A stretch of DNA of 63,520 nt, counting the filler, from Octopus bimaculoides (lineage: Eukaryota): assembly GCF_001194135.2 (NCBI RefSeq). It is 8 parts of 8 records of this genome, joined end to end, with 100 filler letters (N's around TTAATTAATTAA, not from the genome) between each part and the next. Parts side by side here need not be neighbours in the genome. Positions count along the whole stretch, not along the records: positions 58,636 to 63,520 come from NC_068999.1; 7 more parts are not named here. One strand, written 5' to 3'. Below the pieces are notes generated by a model. The model was not told the origin of the DNA and did no database searches. It saw only the letters and a program-made list of their open reading frames with translations. This document shows positions 63,350 to 63,520 of the stretch, in pieces. The stretch's first letter is position 1. Each line of letters begins with the position of its first letter. A program made the position numbers and the translations under genes.

Positions 63350-63520
63350 AAAGAAAGAGTACTATAGACGAGTTAGATCAATACTAAAAACAGAGCTCAA
63401 TGCTAAAAACAAGATAATGGGTATCAACACTTTAGCTGTCCCAGTTATAAGCTACAGCTACAACATCCTTAACTGGACACTAAACGAACTATGTAAAATA
63501 GACAGGAAAACAAGAAAAAT
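63350..63520 (+). mobile_element. 5'-truncated Dong-family copy starting after (AAT)n, running off the window
   Basis: KEYYRRVRSILKTELNAKNKIMGINTLAVPVISYSYNILNWTLNELCKIDRKTRK; homologous to ~7270-7380. Confidence 0.88.

Overview
AT-rich, microsatellite-saturated, gappy draft-assembly window from an invertebrate animal. The SINE/LINE repertoire looks like an octopus-type cephalopod, which is an inference from repeat style. No intact protein-coding gene can be supported: nearly all listed ORFs are translations of (TA)n/(CA)n/(TAA)n repeats or N-runs. Real coding remnants are all transposon-derived: a near full-length R4/Dong-type RLE LINE (6.1-10.1 kb, minus) plus fragments, a Penelope/Poseidon-type RT+GIY-YIG element (18.8-21.2 kb), three further Penelope-like (PLE) remnants, a Ty3/Gypsy 5' half, CR1 and RTE LINE pieces, and Tc1/mariner, pogo and hAT remnants. 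Three tRNA-derived SINE families add many copies. The most striking signal is a set of eight type I hammerhead-ribozyme (HHR) motifs found by eye in about five to six unrelated repeat families. Most have a palindromic stem III of the dimer type, and three sit in Penelope-style inverted/direct terminal repeats. Two of these families also carry a tRNA-like module close to the ribozyme, one of them on a 19-bp extended acceptor stem. A sharp CpG-rich to CpG-poor transition at about 50.6-51 kb, with candidate small exons, hints at an unrecognised host gene on the + strand. No CRISPR, rRNA or bona fide tRNA gene was seen.
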